A DNA stretch of 64,000 nucleotides from Longimicrobiales bacterium (lineage in GTDB: Bacteria > Gemmatimonadota > Gemmatimonadetes > Longimicrobiales > Gaopeijiaceae). The stretch lies in the NCBI GenBank assembly GCA_965202985.1, contig CBDBCF010000001.1, forward strand, positions 608,001 through 672,000, written 5' to 3'. The notes under the pieces were generated by a model. That model was not told the DNA's origin and made no database searches. It was given only the letters and a program-made list of their open reading frames with translations. The translations under genes were made by a program, and so were the position numbers. Below, piece by piece: positions 27,592 through 37,029 of the stretch (positions within the stretch are counted from its first letter, which is position 1; the number at the start of each line of letters is the position of its first letter).

Positions 27592-28281
27592 TCACGCCTC
27601 GCAGAGCCTCTCGAACGCTGCCACGGCGATCCGCCCGCAGGCGGCTCGGACCGTGTCCCAGTCGTGCCAACGAGGGGCGAGTCCCTTGTACTCGGACAGC
27701 TTTGTCCCTTCAAGATCGAAGGGCATCGGGTTCGCCAGCTGCGCATGGAGCTGCTGCAACGGCGATTCTCCGTTCTCTTGGCGGTAGAGGTCGTCGAACG
27801 GCCGCAACCCGTCTGCGCACCGGCAATCCCCCATCCGGTCCGCCAGGGCCACGAAGTCCAGGTAGTCGCGGGTGGCGTTCCGCTTGAGGATCAGGACCGC
27901 CTTGATGCGAAGGATCTCCGCTTCCGTCGGGATGGTGATCCGTCCGCCGCTCGTGGTCAGCTGGGCGGTCTCGAGGGGTGCTTGCCTGATCATCTGGCGC
28001 ACGCCGGTCTCGATGCCGTCCAAGCTCCCCAAGATCATGACCGGGCGGGCCGTTCGGGCCGTCCTCCACCCGGCGACGGATTCCAAGTCGGCGAGAACTC
28101 GGTCGAAGCGGGACCGCAGGTCGGCGACAACGTGATCCGCGTCTTCCGACAGTCGATGCTTCCCGTAAACGGCCGCGGCGGTGCCTCCCACGAGAACGGC
28201 GCCGGGCACGAACCGCTGCAATCGGGCCGCCGCCGACAGGACCCGTTCCCAGTCAGGAAGCGCTTGCGTGCTCTCGGGCAT
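27592..28281 (-). CDS. AbiEii/MenT-like nucleotidyltransferase (putative toxin)
   Basis: VLVGGTAAAVY..HRLSEDAD (Pol-beta fold motif), K..LI..RN..RDYLD. Confidence 0.75.
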   Translation of the reverse strand: MPESTQALPDWERVLSAAARLQRFVPGAVLVGGTAAAVYGKHRLSEDADHVVADLRSRFDRVLADLESVAGWRTARTARPVMILGSLDGIETGVRQMIRQAPLETAQLTTSGGRITIPTEAEILRIKAVLILKRNATRDYLDFVALADRMGDCRCADGLRPFDDLYRQENGESPLQQLHAQLANPMPFDLEGTKLSEYKGLAPRWHDWDTVRAACGRIAVAAFERLCEA

Positions 28282-28480
28282 AGAGCATCCAGAAGTGGTG
28301 GCGCTGGGCGTAGGGGTCGGCGATGCGGGCGGCGCAGACGCGCTCGATGCGGGACAGGACGGCGGGATCGTCCAGGGCGGCGCGACGCAGGTCCAGCCAG
28401 TCCTGCCAAGAGCCGCGGGCAACGATGTCGTCCACCGCGGCCAGCGTGAACCGCTCGTGGTTCAGGTGGCGGTGGCGCAC
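28253..28480 (-). CDS. Small protein upstream of the nucleotidyltransferase (putative antitoxin)
   Basis: 75 aa, AVDDIVARGSWQDW..L; overlaps the partner start by 29 bp. Confidence 0.65.
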   Translation of the reverse strand: MRHRHLNHERFTLAAVDDIVARGSWQDWLDLRRAALDDPAVLSRIERVCAARIADPYAQRHHFWMLYAREHASAS

Positions 28481-28505
28481 CGGCGTCGGCCGAGACTGCG
28501 GCCCG

Positions 28506-31184
28506 TCAGCGGCCTCGGCTGCGCCCGCTCCCGCCGATGGGGTCGCCCGGCGGGAGCCGAAGCGACGGCGACGGCACCGTGTTTTCGATTCGGGCCTGCC
28601 AGCGGCGGATGTCGGCGTGGACCAAGCGTTCGTGGGCCGAGCGGTCCAGGCGGTCGCCCGCGATGCGGTTGCTTAGGCGCCCGGCCAGTCGGCCCAACCC
28701 CGAGTTCATGTTCTCGGTGAGCCCTTCCAGGCGGCCGGCCAGCCGGTCCAGCCGGTCCGACAGCACGGCGCGAACCTCGGGCGCGGTCGCCTCGGCGCTC
28801 GCCTGCTGCATCATCCGGTCCACCACGGCGCGCTGGATGGCGTGGAGCACCTGCAAACTGTACTCGTCGTCCGGCTTGTCGACGCCCCACGTCGCGTCGA
28901 CCAAGCGGTCGGTCACCTCTTCCAGGTTGGGGTAGCCCTCGTCCATGCTGCCGTAGACGACCAGGCGCGCCATGCGTTGCGGCTGCAGGATCTCGCCAAC
29001 CGTGAAGCGGGCCGCCGCGGCCGCCGCGCCCACGGGGTCGAAGAGCAGTCCGGTGTGGCCTTGGAAGACTTCGCCCTCCTGATGTCGGAACGCCGGCGGC
29101 GGGATCATCGCCGCGATCTCTTCGGGCAACGCCAGGAAGTCCACGGTCAGCGCCGACAAGATCGTCTCCAGCGCGTCCCGCTGCTCGTCGCCGTCGACGA
29201 TCGTCACCGGCGTCTGGCCGTCGCCGCGCACGGCGTAGCGATAGTCGGCCCCGCCCAGGCTCTGGGCCGCGGCGCGCAGCTGGAAGCGATGGTGCATGTA
29301 GAGCGGCAGCAGCACGTACTCCAAGTCGGACAGCGGCCTGCCGTGACGGACGACCTGTTCGCCGAACTTCTCCATGCCGATGTCGCGGACGCGGATCTCG
29401 TGCTTCAGGTGGTCAACCAAGTTGGCCCCATTGTCCCACACGCCGGCGTACGGATGGGCTGCGCCGATGAAGTTGTTGTTCGAGTGGGCCATGAACACCA
29501 GGCCGTCGCGGATGCCCTGCTCCACGATCTCTTCAAGCGCCGCCCGTTCGTCGGCGCCCGAGGGGAACTCGCGGTACAGCCAGTTGACGGACAGCTCGTC
29601 GTAGGTGCCGATCCGCTGCACGTAGGCGTTGGACAGGTCCAGCTCGCCGTCCACGATCTCGACCAGGGGCGCGGGATAGTCCATGACGCTTTCGCGCCCG
29701 AAGGTGCTGGCCAGGTAGTTGTGGGGGAAGCCCAGCGTGTGCCCCACCTCGTGGGCCGACAGTTGCCGAACCCGCGCCAACGCCATTTCCACGGCCTCTT
29801 CGCTGGACGCCTCGGGGCCGGCCATGGCCACCTCCGCCAAGTACTCGAAGGCGGGCATGGCCGAAAGGCCGCAAGCCGCCCCCGCAACCGCGTCGGGCGG
29901 AAATGCGTCCGACGGGAAGTGTCCCGAATGCGCGCCGTCCTGATGGTCCGCGCCGTCGCCGGCCGCGAAGTCGGCAACCATGCCCTGGCCGAGCAGGTAG
30001 TCCTGCCGGAGACGGAGGCTGCCCAAGTTCACCACGCCGCGAATGATCTCGCCGGTGCGCGGGTCCACGACCGAGTTGCCGTACGAATACCCGCGCGTTC
30101 GGCGGTGCGTCCAGTGGATCATGTTGTAGCGGATGTCCTGGGGGTCCACGCCGGCGGGAAGGACCTCGACCCGGAACGCGTCGACGAACCCCGCGGCCTC
30201 GAACGCGTCGACCCACCAGAGGGCGCCCTCCACCAGCGCGCTCCGGATGGGCTCCGGCGTTCCGGGGTCCACGTAGTAGACGATCGGCTCGACGGGCGCC
30301 GACGGTTCGGCTGTCGGGTCGCGCTTGACCAAGCGGTGGCGCGCGACCAGGCGAAGGCGCATGTCCTGGTCGATCGGCGTCGCATAGTCGAAGATCGTGG
30401 GACCGTTGACGCCGATGCGCGGGTCCGCGATCCGCGTGCGGTAGCCGTCGTCCGGCAACTGGATGAACGAGTGGTGCTGGCGCAGCGTCACGGCCTGCGG
30501 GTTGGCGGCCACGCCACGAACCAAGCCGCCGGGGTTGTCGCTGGCGAAGGTCAGGAGCGCCTCGACCTCGGTGTTCTCGGGAAAGGAGCGGGTCGCGGGC
30601 ATGTGAATGGCCGAACGGGACTTGTCGAGGCGGAACGTCCCCTGGCCTCGCTGCGCGATCTGACCGATCACGTTGCGGGCGTCGCGCACGAAGAAGGGCG
30701 TCGCATCCACCAGCACCCGGCCGTCCGATTCGGCCACGACGTCGAAGCCCCAGTAGACGGACGGCGCGAAGGCGTCGCGGACGGCCTGCACCTCGGTTGG
30801 GTTGTCGCTGCGTGCCTGGAACTGGTAGTTGGGCTGCATCAGGAGGAGCCGAGGACCGGCGCGTCGCGGTTCCAGAACGTAGGTTCCCCGCAGCTGGCCG
30901 CGGTCGATGCCCACGGGGTTGGACCCCAGGCCCGAGCCCATGGACACTTGGTAGAGGAACTCTCCGCCCTCCGGGTCCATCTCCCAGTAGAGGGCGCCCC
31001 GGGCCGCATCCCAGTACAGGTTGAAGAAGCCCTCCATGGCGGTGGCGGCCTCGATCTTCTCGGCGATCGTCGGCAGCGGCTCTTGGGCGGTCGACGGGGC
31101 GGGCGCGAACGCGCCGCAGGCGGCCGCGAGCAGGGACAGCGTCAGGACGCGGGCGGAAACGGCGAGGGAATCGAAGATGGACAT
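28506..31184 (-). CDS. Secreted zinc-dependent metalloprotease (DUF5117/DUF4953 type)
   Basis: HEVGHTLGFPHN zincin motif, SVMDYP Met-turn, RSFPENTEVE, DPRTGEII. Confidence 0.9.
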   Translation of the reverse strand: MSIFDSLAVSARVLTLSLLAAACGAFAPAPSTAQEPLPTIAEKIEAATAMEGFFNLYWDAARGALYWEMDPEGGEFLYQVSMGSGLGSNPVGIDRGQLRGTYVLEPRRAGPRLLLMQPNYQFQARSDNPTEVQAVRDAFAPSVYWGFDVVAESDGRVLVDATPFFVRDARNVIGQIAQRGQGTFRLDKSRSAIHMPATRSFPENTEVEALLTFASDNPGGLVRGVAANPQAVTLRQHHSFIQLPDDGYRTRIADPRIGVNGPTIFDYATPIDQDMRLRLVARHRLVKRDPTAEPSAPVEPIVYYVDPGTPEPIRSALVEGALWWVDAFEAAGFVDAFRVEVLPAGVDPQDIRYNMIHWTHRRTRGYSYGNSVVDPRTGEIIRGVVNLGSLRLRQDYLLGQGMVADFAAGDGADHQDGAHSGHFPSDAFPPDAVAGAACGLSAMPAFEYLAEVAMAGPEASSEEAVEMALARVRQLSAHEVGHTLGFPHNYLASTFGRESVMDYPAPLVEIVDGELDLSNAYVQRIGTYDELSVNWLYREFPSGADERAALEEIVEQGIRDGLVFMAHSNNNFIGAAHPYAGVWDNGANLVDHLKHEIRVRDIGMEKFGEQVVRHGRPLSDLEYVLLPLYMHHRFQLRAAAQSLGGADYRYAVRGDGQTPVTIVDGDEQRDALETILSALTVDFLALPEEIAAMIPPPAFRHQEGEVFQGHTGLLFDPVGAAAAAARFTVGEILQPQRMARLVVYGSMDEGYPNLEEVTDRLVDATWGVDKPDDEYSLQVLHAIQRAVVDRMMQQASAEATAPEVRAVLSDRLDRLAGRLEGLTENMNSGLGRLAGRLSNRIAGDRLDRSAHERLVHADIRRWQARIENTVPSPSLRLPPGDPIGGSGRSRGR

Positions 31185-31339
31185 GCGTTCAACCTTTCGG
31201 ATGGACGGACCGTTTGGACGTAGCGGATGCGGCACAGGCGAACGACGCGCAGGACTCTGCGATGCGCGACGCGGGAAGAGATTGGAGATCGGGCGCGAAG
31301 CGCGCAAGGCGCGGGGCGGACGCAGGGGGCGCATCGGCC

Positions 31340-33055
31340 CTAATCGACGCCCACCAGGTCGCACTGCTTGCAGACCCACTGCAGGCCGGCGCCCAGGTTG
31401 TTCAGGTCGAGGGTCTCCAGTTCGGCCTTCACGTCGGCGCCGGGGGCGAACCGCTGGTCGTCCAGCATGTCGCTTTCGACCCAGAAGGTGTAGCTGAGGA
31501 ACTGTCCGCCCGAAGGCTGATGCACGGTGAGTCGTCCCCAGGCGCCGTGCCCCAGCGGCCCCAGCATGGCCTTGCCCAGGACACGGCCGAAGTCGGAGCC
31601 GCCCGTCACCTTGAACACCTTGTAGATGTTGCTCTTGCGCGCGACCTCCCGAACCTTGCCCTTCACTACGGCCTCGTCGGAAGCGCTCTCCGGCCGCACC
31701 GCCCGGATCGGGTTGTCCGGTGGGGCGATGGGACTCGGGCGGTTCGCCAACGGCGTGGGCATGCGGGCGCTGGCGCGTCCCTTCTCCAGCCATTCGCGCA
31801 GGTTGCGGGTCTCGATGGGCCGCAGCGGTCGGCCGTCGATGGTGCGCGTGGTGTGGCTCAGCAACGAGTCGAAGATGTCTTCCGGGGTCGGGGGCGGCAC
31901 TTTACTTGCCATGGCGTGGACGTGCGACCGCGCCAGGATGCGCCGAACGTCCTGCTCCGCGATGTGAATGCCCTCTCTGGCCAAGCTGTCCCTGCACCAC
32001 GAAACGCAGCGGTCCTCGTAGTACTCGGTCTCCCGACCGACGTAGGACGCCGCCTTGGCGAAGACGCCCCAGTACTGCCGCGCGTCGATCTTGGGCAGAA
32101 CCGTGTCGCGCAGGAGCTGCACCATCGACCTAGGCGCCGCCCCGGCGGCAACCACGATCGGCTTCGGCTGCGCATGGCGCTCGGGGTCCCATATGTAGCC
32201 GCCACCCATCCGCAAACGGGAACCCAGCGGCGTCTCCTGCAAGAAGTCCAACAGCGAATCGTACCCGAACCAAGAGTCCCGATCCCCGAACGCGACCTTC
32301 AGTTCGGCGTCCAGCGCCGACAGGGGAACGGCGATTCGGCTCTGCGCCACGAAGCGGTCGGTGGCCTGCACGACCGGGGCGGGCTCCAGCGGTTGCGCAG
32401 CCTCCGCCTCGTCCGCGGGGGCGGGCGCGACGAGTCCGCCGGAGGGTCGCAACAGGTACTTGAGGAAGTCGAAGCTGATGCTTGCCAGGTTGGTGTAGGC
32501 GTGACTGGCGTTGCCGGCCGAGATGACCATCGTTCGCAGGTCGCGGGCCCGGAGGTGCTGCAGCAAGGGGGTGAAGTCCGCGTCGTCCGAGGCGATGATG
32601 AACTCGTCGTACCGGTCCTGCGACTCCTCGGAGTACAGGCTGGCGAGCACGTCCACGACCATGCGGATGTCGGCGGCGTTCTTCATCCCGCTCGTCAGGG
32701 CCGGACAGTCCACGACCTCGAAGCCGGAGAGAAGGAGCGCCTGTCGGAAGCGCGACAACGACAACCACTCGCCGTCGCCGCTGTCGTCCTTGACGCCTCC
32801 CTTTGGATTGACATAGGCGCGCCAGAGGATGATCTCTCTCTCTTCGGCGCCCGGAGGCAGCTTCTCGTGGGTCAAGTCGGACAACCACTCGCAGAAGTTT
32901 CGGGCCAGGGCGTCGGCCACTTCCGGTCTGCGAGTGTGCAATCCGTGGAACACGTTGTCGAAGTCGACGAACAGGGCCGACCGGATGCGAGTGCGCGGGG
33001 CCGGGGGGCGCTTTCGGAAGCGTTGCAGACGAAGTGCCGACAGCAGTTTCGGCAT
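31340..33055 (-). CDS. NYN (LabA/DUF88 PIN-fold) domain protein with LOTUS/OST-HTH-like domain and extra C-terminal domain
   Basis: LFVDFDN, KNAADIRMVVD, IASDDADFTPLL; later PLSAL...WFGYDSLLDFL. Confidence 0.85.
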   Translation of the reverse strand: MPKLLSALRLQRFRKRPPAPRTRIRSALFVDFDNVFHGLHTRRPEVADALARNFCEWLSDLTHEKLPPGAEEREIILWRAYVNPKGGVKDDSGDGEWLSLSRFRQALLLSGFEVVDCPALTSGMKNAADIRMVVDVLASLYSEESQDRYDEFIIASDDADFTPLLQHLRARDLRTMVISAGNASHAYTNLASISFDFLKYLLRPSGGLVAPAPADEAEAAQPLEPAPVVQATDRFVAQSRIAVPLSALDAELKVAFGDRDSWFGYDSLLDFLQETPLGSRLRMGGGYIWDPERHAQPKPIVVAAGAAPRSMVQLLRDTVLPKIDARQYWGVFAKAASYVGRETEYYEDRCVSWCRDSLAREGIHIAEQDVRRILARSHVHAMASKVPPPTPEDIFDSLLSHTTRTIDGRPLRPIETRNLREWLEKGRASARMPTPLANRPSPIAPPDNPIRAVRPESASDEAVVKGKVREVARKSNIYKVFKVTGGSDFGRVLGKAMLGPLGHGAWGRLTVHQPSGGQFLSYTFWVESDMLDDQRFAPGADVKAELETLDLNNLGAGLQWVCKQCDLVGVD

Positions 33056-33197
33056 GAGCGGCTCCAGTAGGTCGTTCGGATGGGAAGCGCGACGGCAAGG
33101 CGGCTGGGGCGCGGGCGCGCCGAAGCATCGTGCCGGAAGCATGTAATAGTACGGCGCAAAGGGCGAATCGTCTTCCCCCCGAAGCCGCCCGAGTCCG

Positions 33198-34886
33198 TCA
33201 GCGACCGTCCCCTTCCAAGACGGGGGGCGTCCGCGCGTGGGCGGCCTGCTCTAAGTCGTAGGCGTACGCCAGCAGAGCGCCGTCGGTCCAGAGGTCACCG
33301 ACGAAGGCGACCGCGAACGGTGTGCCGTCGTCGTAGTAGGAGAACGGAACGGTCACCGTGGGGAACCCCAGGTCGTTCACGATGTTGCTCGGAAGCTCCG
33401 CGTGGTTGTTCGGCCGGTAGTCGGGGCTTTCCGGGTCTTCCACCAAGGGCCGAATCGGCTCTCCGGCTTGGGGAAAGAAAAGGCCGTCCAGCTCGTGCTC
33501 GCCCACCACCTCCCGAAAGAGCGCCCGCAGCTCGCGGCGCCACGCCTGATACGCGTCTCCCGCTTCGGTGGCCGTGGGCGCGGTCGGAGGTCGGCGCTCT
33601 TCCCGCCCCGCCCTGCCGCTTGGGAACGTCCGTCCCGCCAGGGCCTCCCATTCTTCCACGGTGCGAAAGGCGGCCCCTTCGCCCAGCCCCTGCAGGTAGA
33701 CGAGAAGGCCGTGGCTGGACACGGTGGGCACGGACGGGCGCTCGGCGTACAACTCCGTCCAGCCGCGCCCGGCGAACGGGTCTTCCACGACGACGGCGCC
33801 CCGGCCTCGCAAGACGCGGACGGCAGCCCGGTACCGCTCCTCGGTTTCGGGCGCCAGGGGCAGGAACGAGGTCCGCCAGCCGGGGCCGACCAGCCCGAAG
33901 CGCCGGCCCTGCAGAGCGCTCCTGCTCAACCCGGCTGCGTATCCGCCTTCGGGCGTTCGACCGGCGCCGGCGAAGGTGGCCGGGTCTTCCGTCGTGGGAC
34001 CGACGATGGCGTCCAGCACCCACGCGGCGTCCCGCACGGTGCGGGCCAGCGGTCCCACCACGTCGCGGTAGGTGGCGTCGATGGGAAGCACGCCCTCCAG
34101 CGGCGCCAAGCCAAACGACGGCTTTACCCCGACCAGGGCCTGCGCCGCTGCCGGGTTCTGGATGGAGCCGCCCGTCTCGGTCCCCAGCCCCAGCACGGCG
34201 AAGCTGGCGTTCACCGCCGTCGCCGTTCCACCGCTGGACCCGCCCGGCACGCGGTCCACGGCGTACGGGTTCAGCGTCTCGCCGGCCGCGGTGCTGCGGG
34301 TCCGGGTTCCGTGGCCAGCGAAGTCCGGCAGGTTGGTCTTGCCCAGGACGACCGCGCCGGCGTCCAGCAGGCGCTCGACCGCCGCCGCGTGGTCGCCCGG
34401 GATCATGTCCACCCCTCCCGCGGCGGCGCTGAAGCCCTCGAAACCGGCCGTGGTCACCAGCCCAGCGTAGTCCATGTTGTCCTTGATCACCACGGGTACG
34501 CCGTGGAGCGGTCCGCGGGGACCCCGCGCTCGATACTCGCGGTCCAGCGCCTCGGCCTGGGCCAGGGCCTCCGGGTTCATGGACACGAAGGCGTTGTATC
34601 GGTCCTCGTAGCGGGCGATTCGGTCCAGGAAGGCCTGCACGAGCTGGACGATCGTGTAGCGGGACGCGCGGAGGTCGCGCTGCACTTGGTCGGCGGTGAG
34701 TTCCACCACGTCGATCGCGGTGTCGGGAACCGGTTGCTGCACCGGCGCGCCGTTCGCCGGATCGCCGGGGGCCAGATGCAGCCCGACGATCGCCCCCAGC
34801 GACAAGAGGCGCGCGGCCGACGGACATCCCGCGAGCGTGGCGACGAACCGCTTGCCGCGGCTTTCGCGAAGCGCGTCGGCTGACAT
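33198..34886 (-). CDS. Amidase-signature family protein, probably exported
   Basis: GPLHGVPVVIKDN, GKTN, PGGSSGG, GTETGGSIQNPA. Confidence 0.92.
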   Translation of the reverse strand: MSADALRESRGKRFVATLAGCPSAARLLSLGAIVGLHLAPGDPANGAPVQQPVPDTAIDVVELTADQVQRDLRASRYTIVQLVQAFLDRIARYEDRYNAFVSMNPEALAQAEALDREYRARGPRGPLHGVPVVIKDNMDYAGLVTTAGFEGFSAAAGGVDMIPGDHAAAVERLLDAGAVVLGKTNLPDFAGHGTRTRSTAAGETLNPYAVDRVPGGSSGGTATAVNASFAVLGLGTETGGSIQNPAAAQALVGVKPSFGLAPLEGVLPIDATYRDVVGPLARTVRDAAWVLDAIVGPTTEDPATFAGAGRTPEGGYAAGLSRSALQGRRFGLVGPGWRTSFLPLAPETEERYRAAVRVLRGRGAVVVEDPFAGRGWTELYAERPSVPTVSSHGLLVYLQGLGEGAAFRTVEEWEALAGRTFPSGRAGREERRPPTAPTATEAGDAYQAWRRELRALFREVVGEHELDGLFFPQAGEPIRPLVEDPESPDYRPNNHAELPSNIVNDLGFPTVTVPFSYYDDGTPFAVAFVGDLWTDGALLAYAYDLEQAAHARTPPVLEGDGR

Positions 34887-35014
34887 CTTCCGCCTTCCGT
34901 GACGATCGGTCCTTTGGGGGGTCCTGCGCCTGCTCGCCCGCAACTTGCCGTCGCGGGAACGCCGGCGCTACCCTGGAGTCCCCTTGTCGCCCCCGCCAGG
35001 AGCCGAATCCGCCC

Positions 35015-35596
35015 ATGCTCGACCGATTTCATGCCGCCGCGCCCTTTCGCGCGTACCTGGACTCCGTTCGCGAGAACCAGGACCTGTGGAGGGGCGTGTA
35101 CGACCGGGCGCGCCTCCCGGCCAAAGCCGGCGCCCAAGCCCGGGCCGTCCGAGGCGCGTGGCGGCTCTTGGCGTTGAGCGAAGACTGGTGCGGAGACGCC
35201 GCCAACATCCTGCCCGTCGCGGCCCGGCTGGCCGAATCGTCGCCCGACCTGGAACTGCGCGTCTTGTCGCGAGACGAGAACCTGGACCTCATGGACGCCC
35301 ACCTGACCAACGGGCGAAGCCGCTCGATCCCCGTGATCATGCTGCTGGACGTGGACGGCCGCGAGAGGGGCTGGTGGGGCCCCCGTCCGGCGTCTCTTCA
35401 GAAGTGGGTCATGGAAGAGGGCATGAAGATGGAGCCGGGTCCCCGCTACCGGGAGGTCCGGCGGTTCTACGCGCGCGACAAGGGCCAGTCGATCGTGGAG
35501 GAGCTGCTGGCGCTTCTTCGGAAGGCGGAGCAGGCCGACGTCGGCCCTCGGATGGCGGCCGAGCAACCAACGACCACAGCCGGAGTTGAAGCATGA
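35015..35596 (+). CDS. Thioredoxin-like protein (WCGD type)
   Basis: LSEDWCGDA, RDENLDLMD, RSIP, WGPRP. Confidence 0.88.
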   Translation: MLDRFHAAAPFRAYLDSVRENQDLWRGVYDRARLPAKAGAQARAVRGAWRLLALSEDWCGDAANILPVAARLAESSPDLELRVLSRDENLDLMDAHLTNGRSRSIPVIMLLDVDGRERGWWGPRPASLQKWVMEEGMKMEPGPRYREVRRFYARDKGQSIVEELLALLRKAEQADVGPRMAAEQPTTTAGVEA

Positions 35597-37029
35597 ACAG
35601 ACGGTGCGACCAAGTGGTCCCGGGATGTTTCGGCGTCCGGATTCGATGGGCGTTGCGGGTGCGCGTCGCGTTTCTCCTGGCCTGCTTGGCCGGGTTCGCG
35701 CAGGCGGACGCGGGGGCGGCCCTTGCCCAAACGCGCGACTACGACGCCGCCCGCCCGTTCGGCACGCTCCGGGAACAAGCCGCCGTACAGCAGGGCTGGC
35801 TGCGGGAGCGGCTCGAGAAGAACCTGCCCATGCTCATGCGCAAGCACGGCGTGGACATGTGGGTCGTGACCATGCGCGAGTACAACGAGGACCCCGTGTT
35901 TCGCGCGCTGGTGTCGCCCACCACGTTCGCCGCCCGTCGTCGCACGATCTACGTCTTCCACGATCGGGGACCGGAGGCGGGGGTGGAGCGGCTGGCCTTG
36001 GGCGGCACGTCGCAGGGGGGCGTTTACGAGGCGGTGCGCGCCACGACGGAGGCGCCCGACGGCAGGGCCGCCGAGCTGTGGGGCAGGGACCAGTGGGACC
36101 TGTTCGCAACGATGGTCCGCGAGCGGGATCCACGGCGGATCGCCGTCAACATCTCCCACGACCACAACTTCGCCGACGGACTTTCGGCGGGCGAATGGGA
36201 GCAGATGGAGGCGGCGATGGGGTCGGAGTTGGCCGAGCGCGTCGTGCGCGAGCCGTTGCTGGCGATCGAGTACCTGGCCAGGCGCGTGCCGGGCATGATC
36301 CCCGTGTACAGGCGAATGCAGGCGATCGTGCACGACATCATCGGGACGGCGTTCTCGGAGGTGGTGATCGTGCCCGGCCGGACGACCACCGAGGACGTCG
36401 TGTGGTGGATGCGCCAGCGGGTGCACGACTTGGGACTGGACTCGTGGTTCCAGCCGTCGGTTTCGGTGCAGAGGCGCGGCGTGGCAATGGCCGACTCGGT
36501 GGCGCCGGTGATCCTGCGCGGCGACGTCCTCCACTGCGACTTCGGACTGGTCGCCCTTGGAATGGCGACGGACACCCAGCATATGGCCTACGTCCTGCGG
36601 GCGGGAGAGACGGAGGCGCCCGAGGGGCTTCGGCGGGCGCTGGTCAACTCCAATCGCCTTCAGGACATCTTGTTCGAGGAGACGCGCGTGGGCCGCACGG
36701 GCAACGAGGTGCTGGCGTCGGTGCTGGACAAGATGCGCGCCAAAGGCTTGAACGGGACCATGTACACGCATCCGATCGGCGACCACGGTCACGGGGCCGG
36801 TCCGCTCATCGGCCTGTGGGACTACCAGACCGGCGTGCCCGGGCGGGGCGACCCGTTCGTGATCCCCGGCATGTGGTTCTCCACCGAGCTGCAGGTGACG
36901 ACGCCGGTTCCCGAGTGGGACGGACAGCCGGTGCGCATGGCCCAAGAGGAGGAAGCCGAAGTCACGCTGGACGGGGAGATCCGCTGGATGCTGCGACGCC
37001 AGACGGAGTTGCACCTGATCCGCCAGTGA
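35593..37029 (+). CDS. M24-family (Xaa-Pro) metallopeptidase, exported
   Basis: GDVLHCDFG...TDTQH, YTHPIG.HGHGAG, STE, EE; signal peptide. Confidence 0.88.
   Translation: MNRRCDQVVPGCFGVRIRWALRVRVAFLLACLAGFAQADAGAALAQTRDYDAARPFGTLREQAAVQQGWLRERLEKNLPMLMRKHGVDMWVVTMREYNEDPVFRALVSPTTFAARRRTIYVFHDRGPEAGVERLALGGTSQGGVYEAVRATTEAPDGRAAELWGRDQWDLFATMVRERDPRRIAVNISHDHNFADGLSAGEWEQMEAAMGSELAERVVREPLLAIEYLARRVPGMIPVYRRMQAIVHDIIGTAFSEVVIVPGRTTTEDVVWWMRQRVHDLGLDSWFQPSVSVQRRGVAMADSVAPVILRGDVLHCDFGLVALGMATDTQHMAYVLRAGETEAPEGLRRALVNSNRLQDILFEETRVGRTGNEVLASVLDKMRAKGLNGTMYTHPIGDHGHGAGPLIGLWDYQTGVPGRGDPFVIPGMWFSTELQVTTPVPEWDGQPVRMAQEEEAEVTLDGEIRWMLRRQTELHLIRQ

Noticed and set aside
36962..37029. 68-bp convergent overlap of galK and the M24 peptidase as antisense regulation
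   Set aside because: The galK tail is low-complexity read-through, common where stop codons are scarce in GC-rich DNA.
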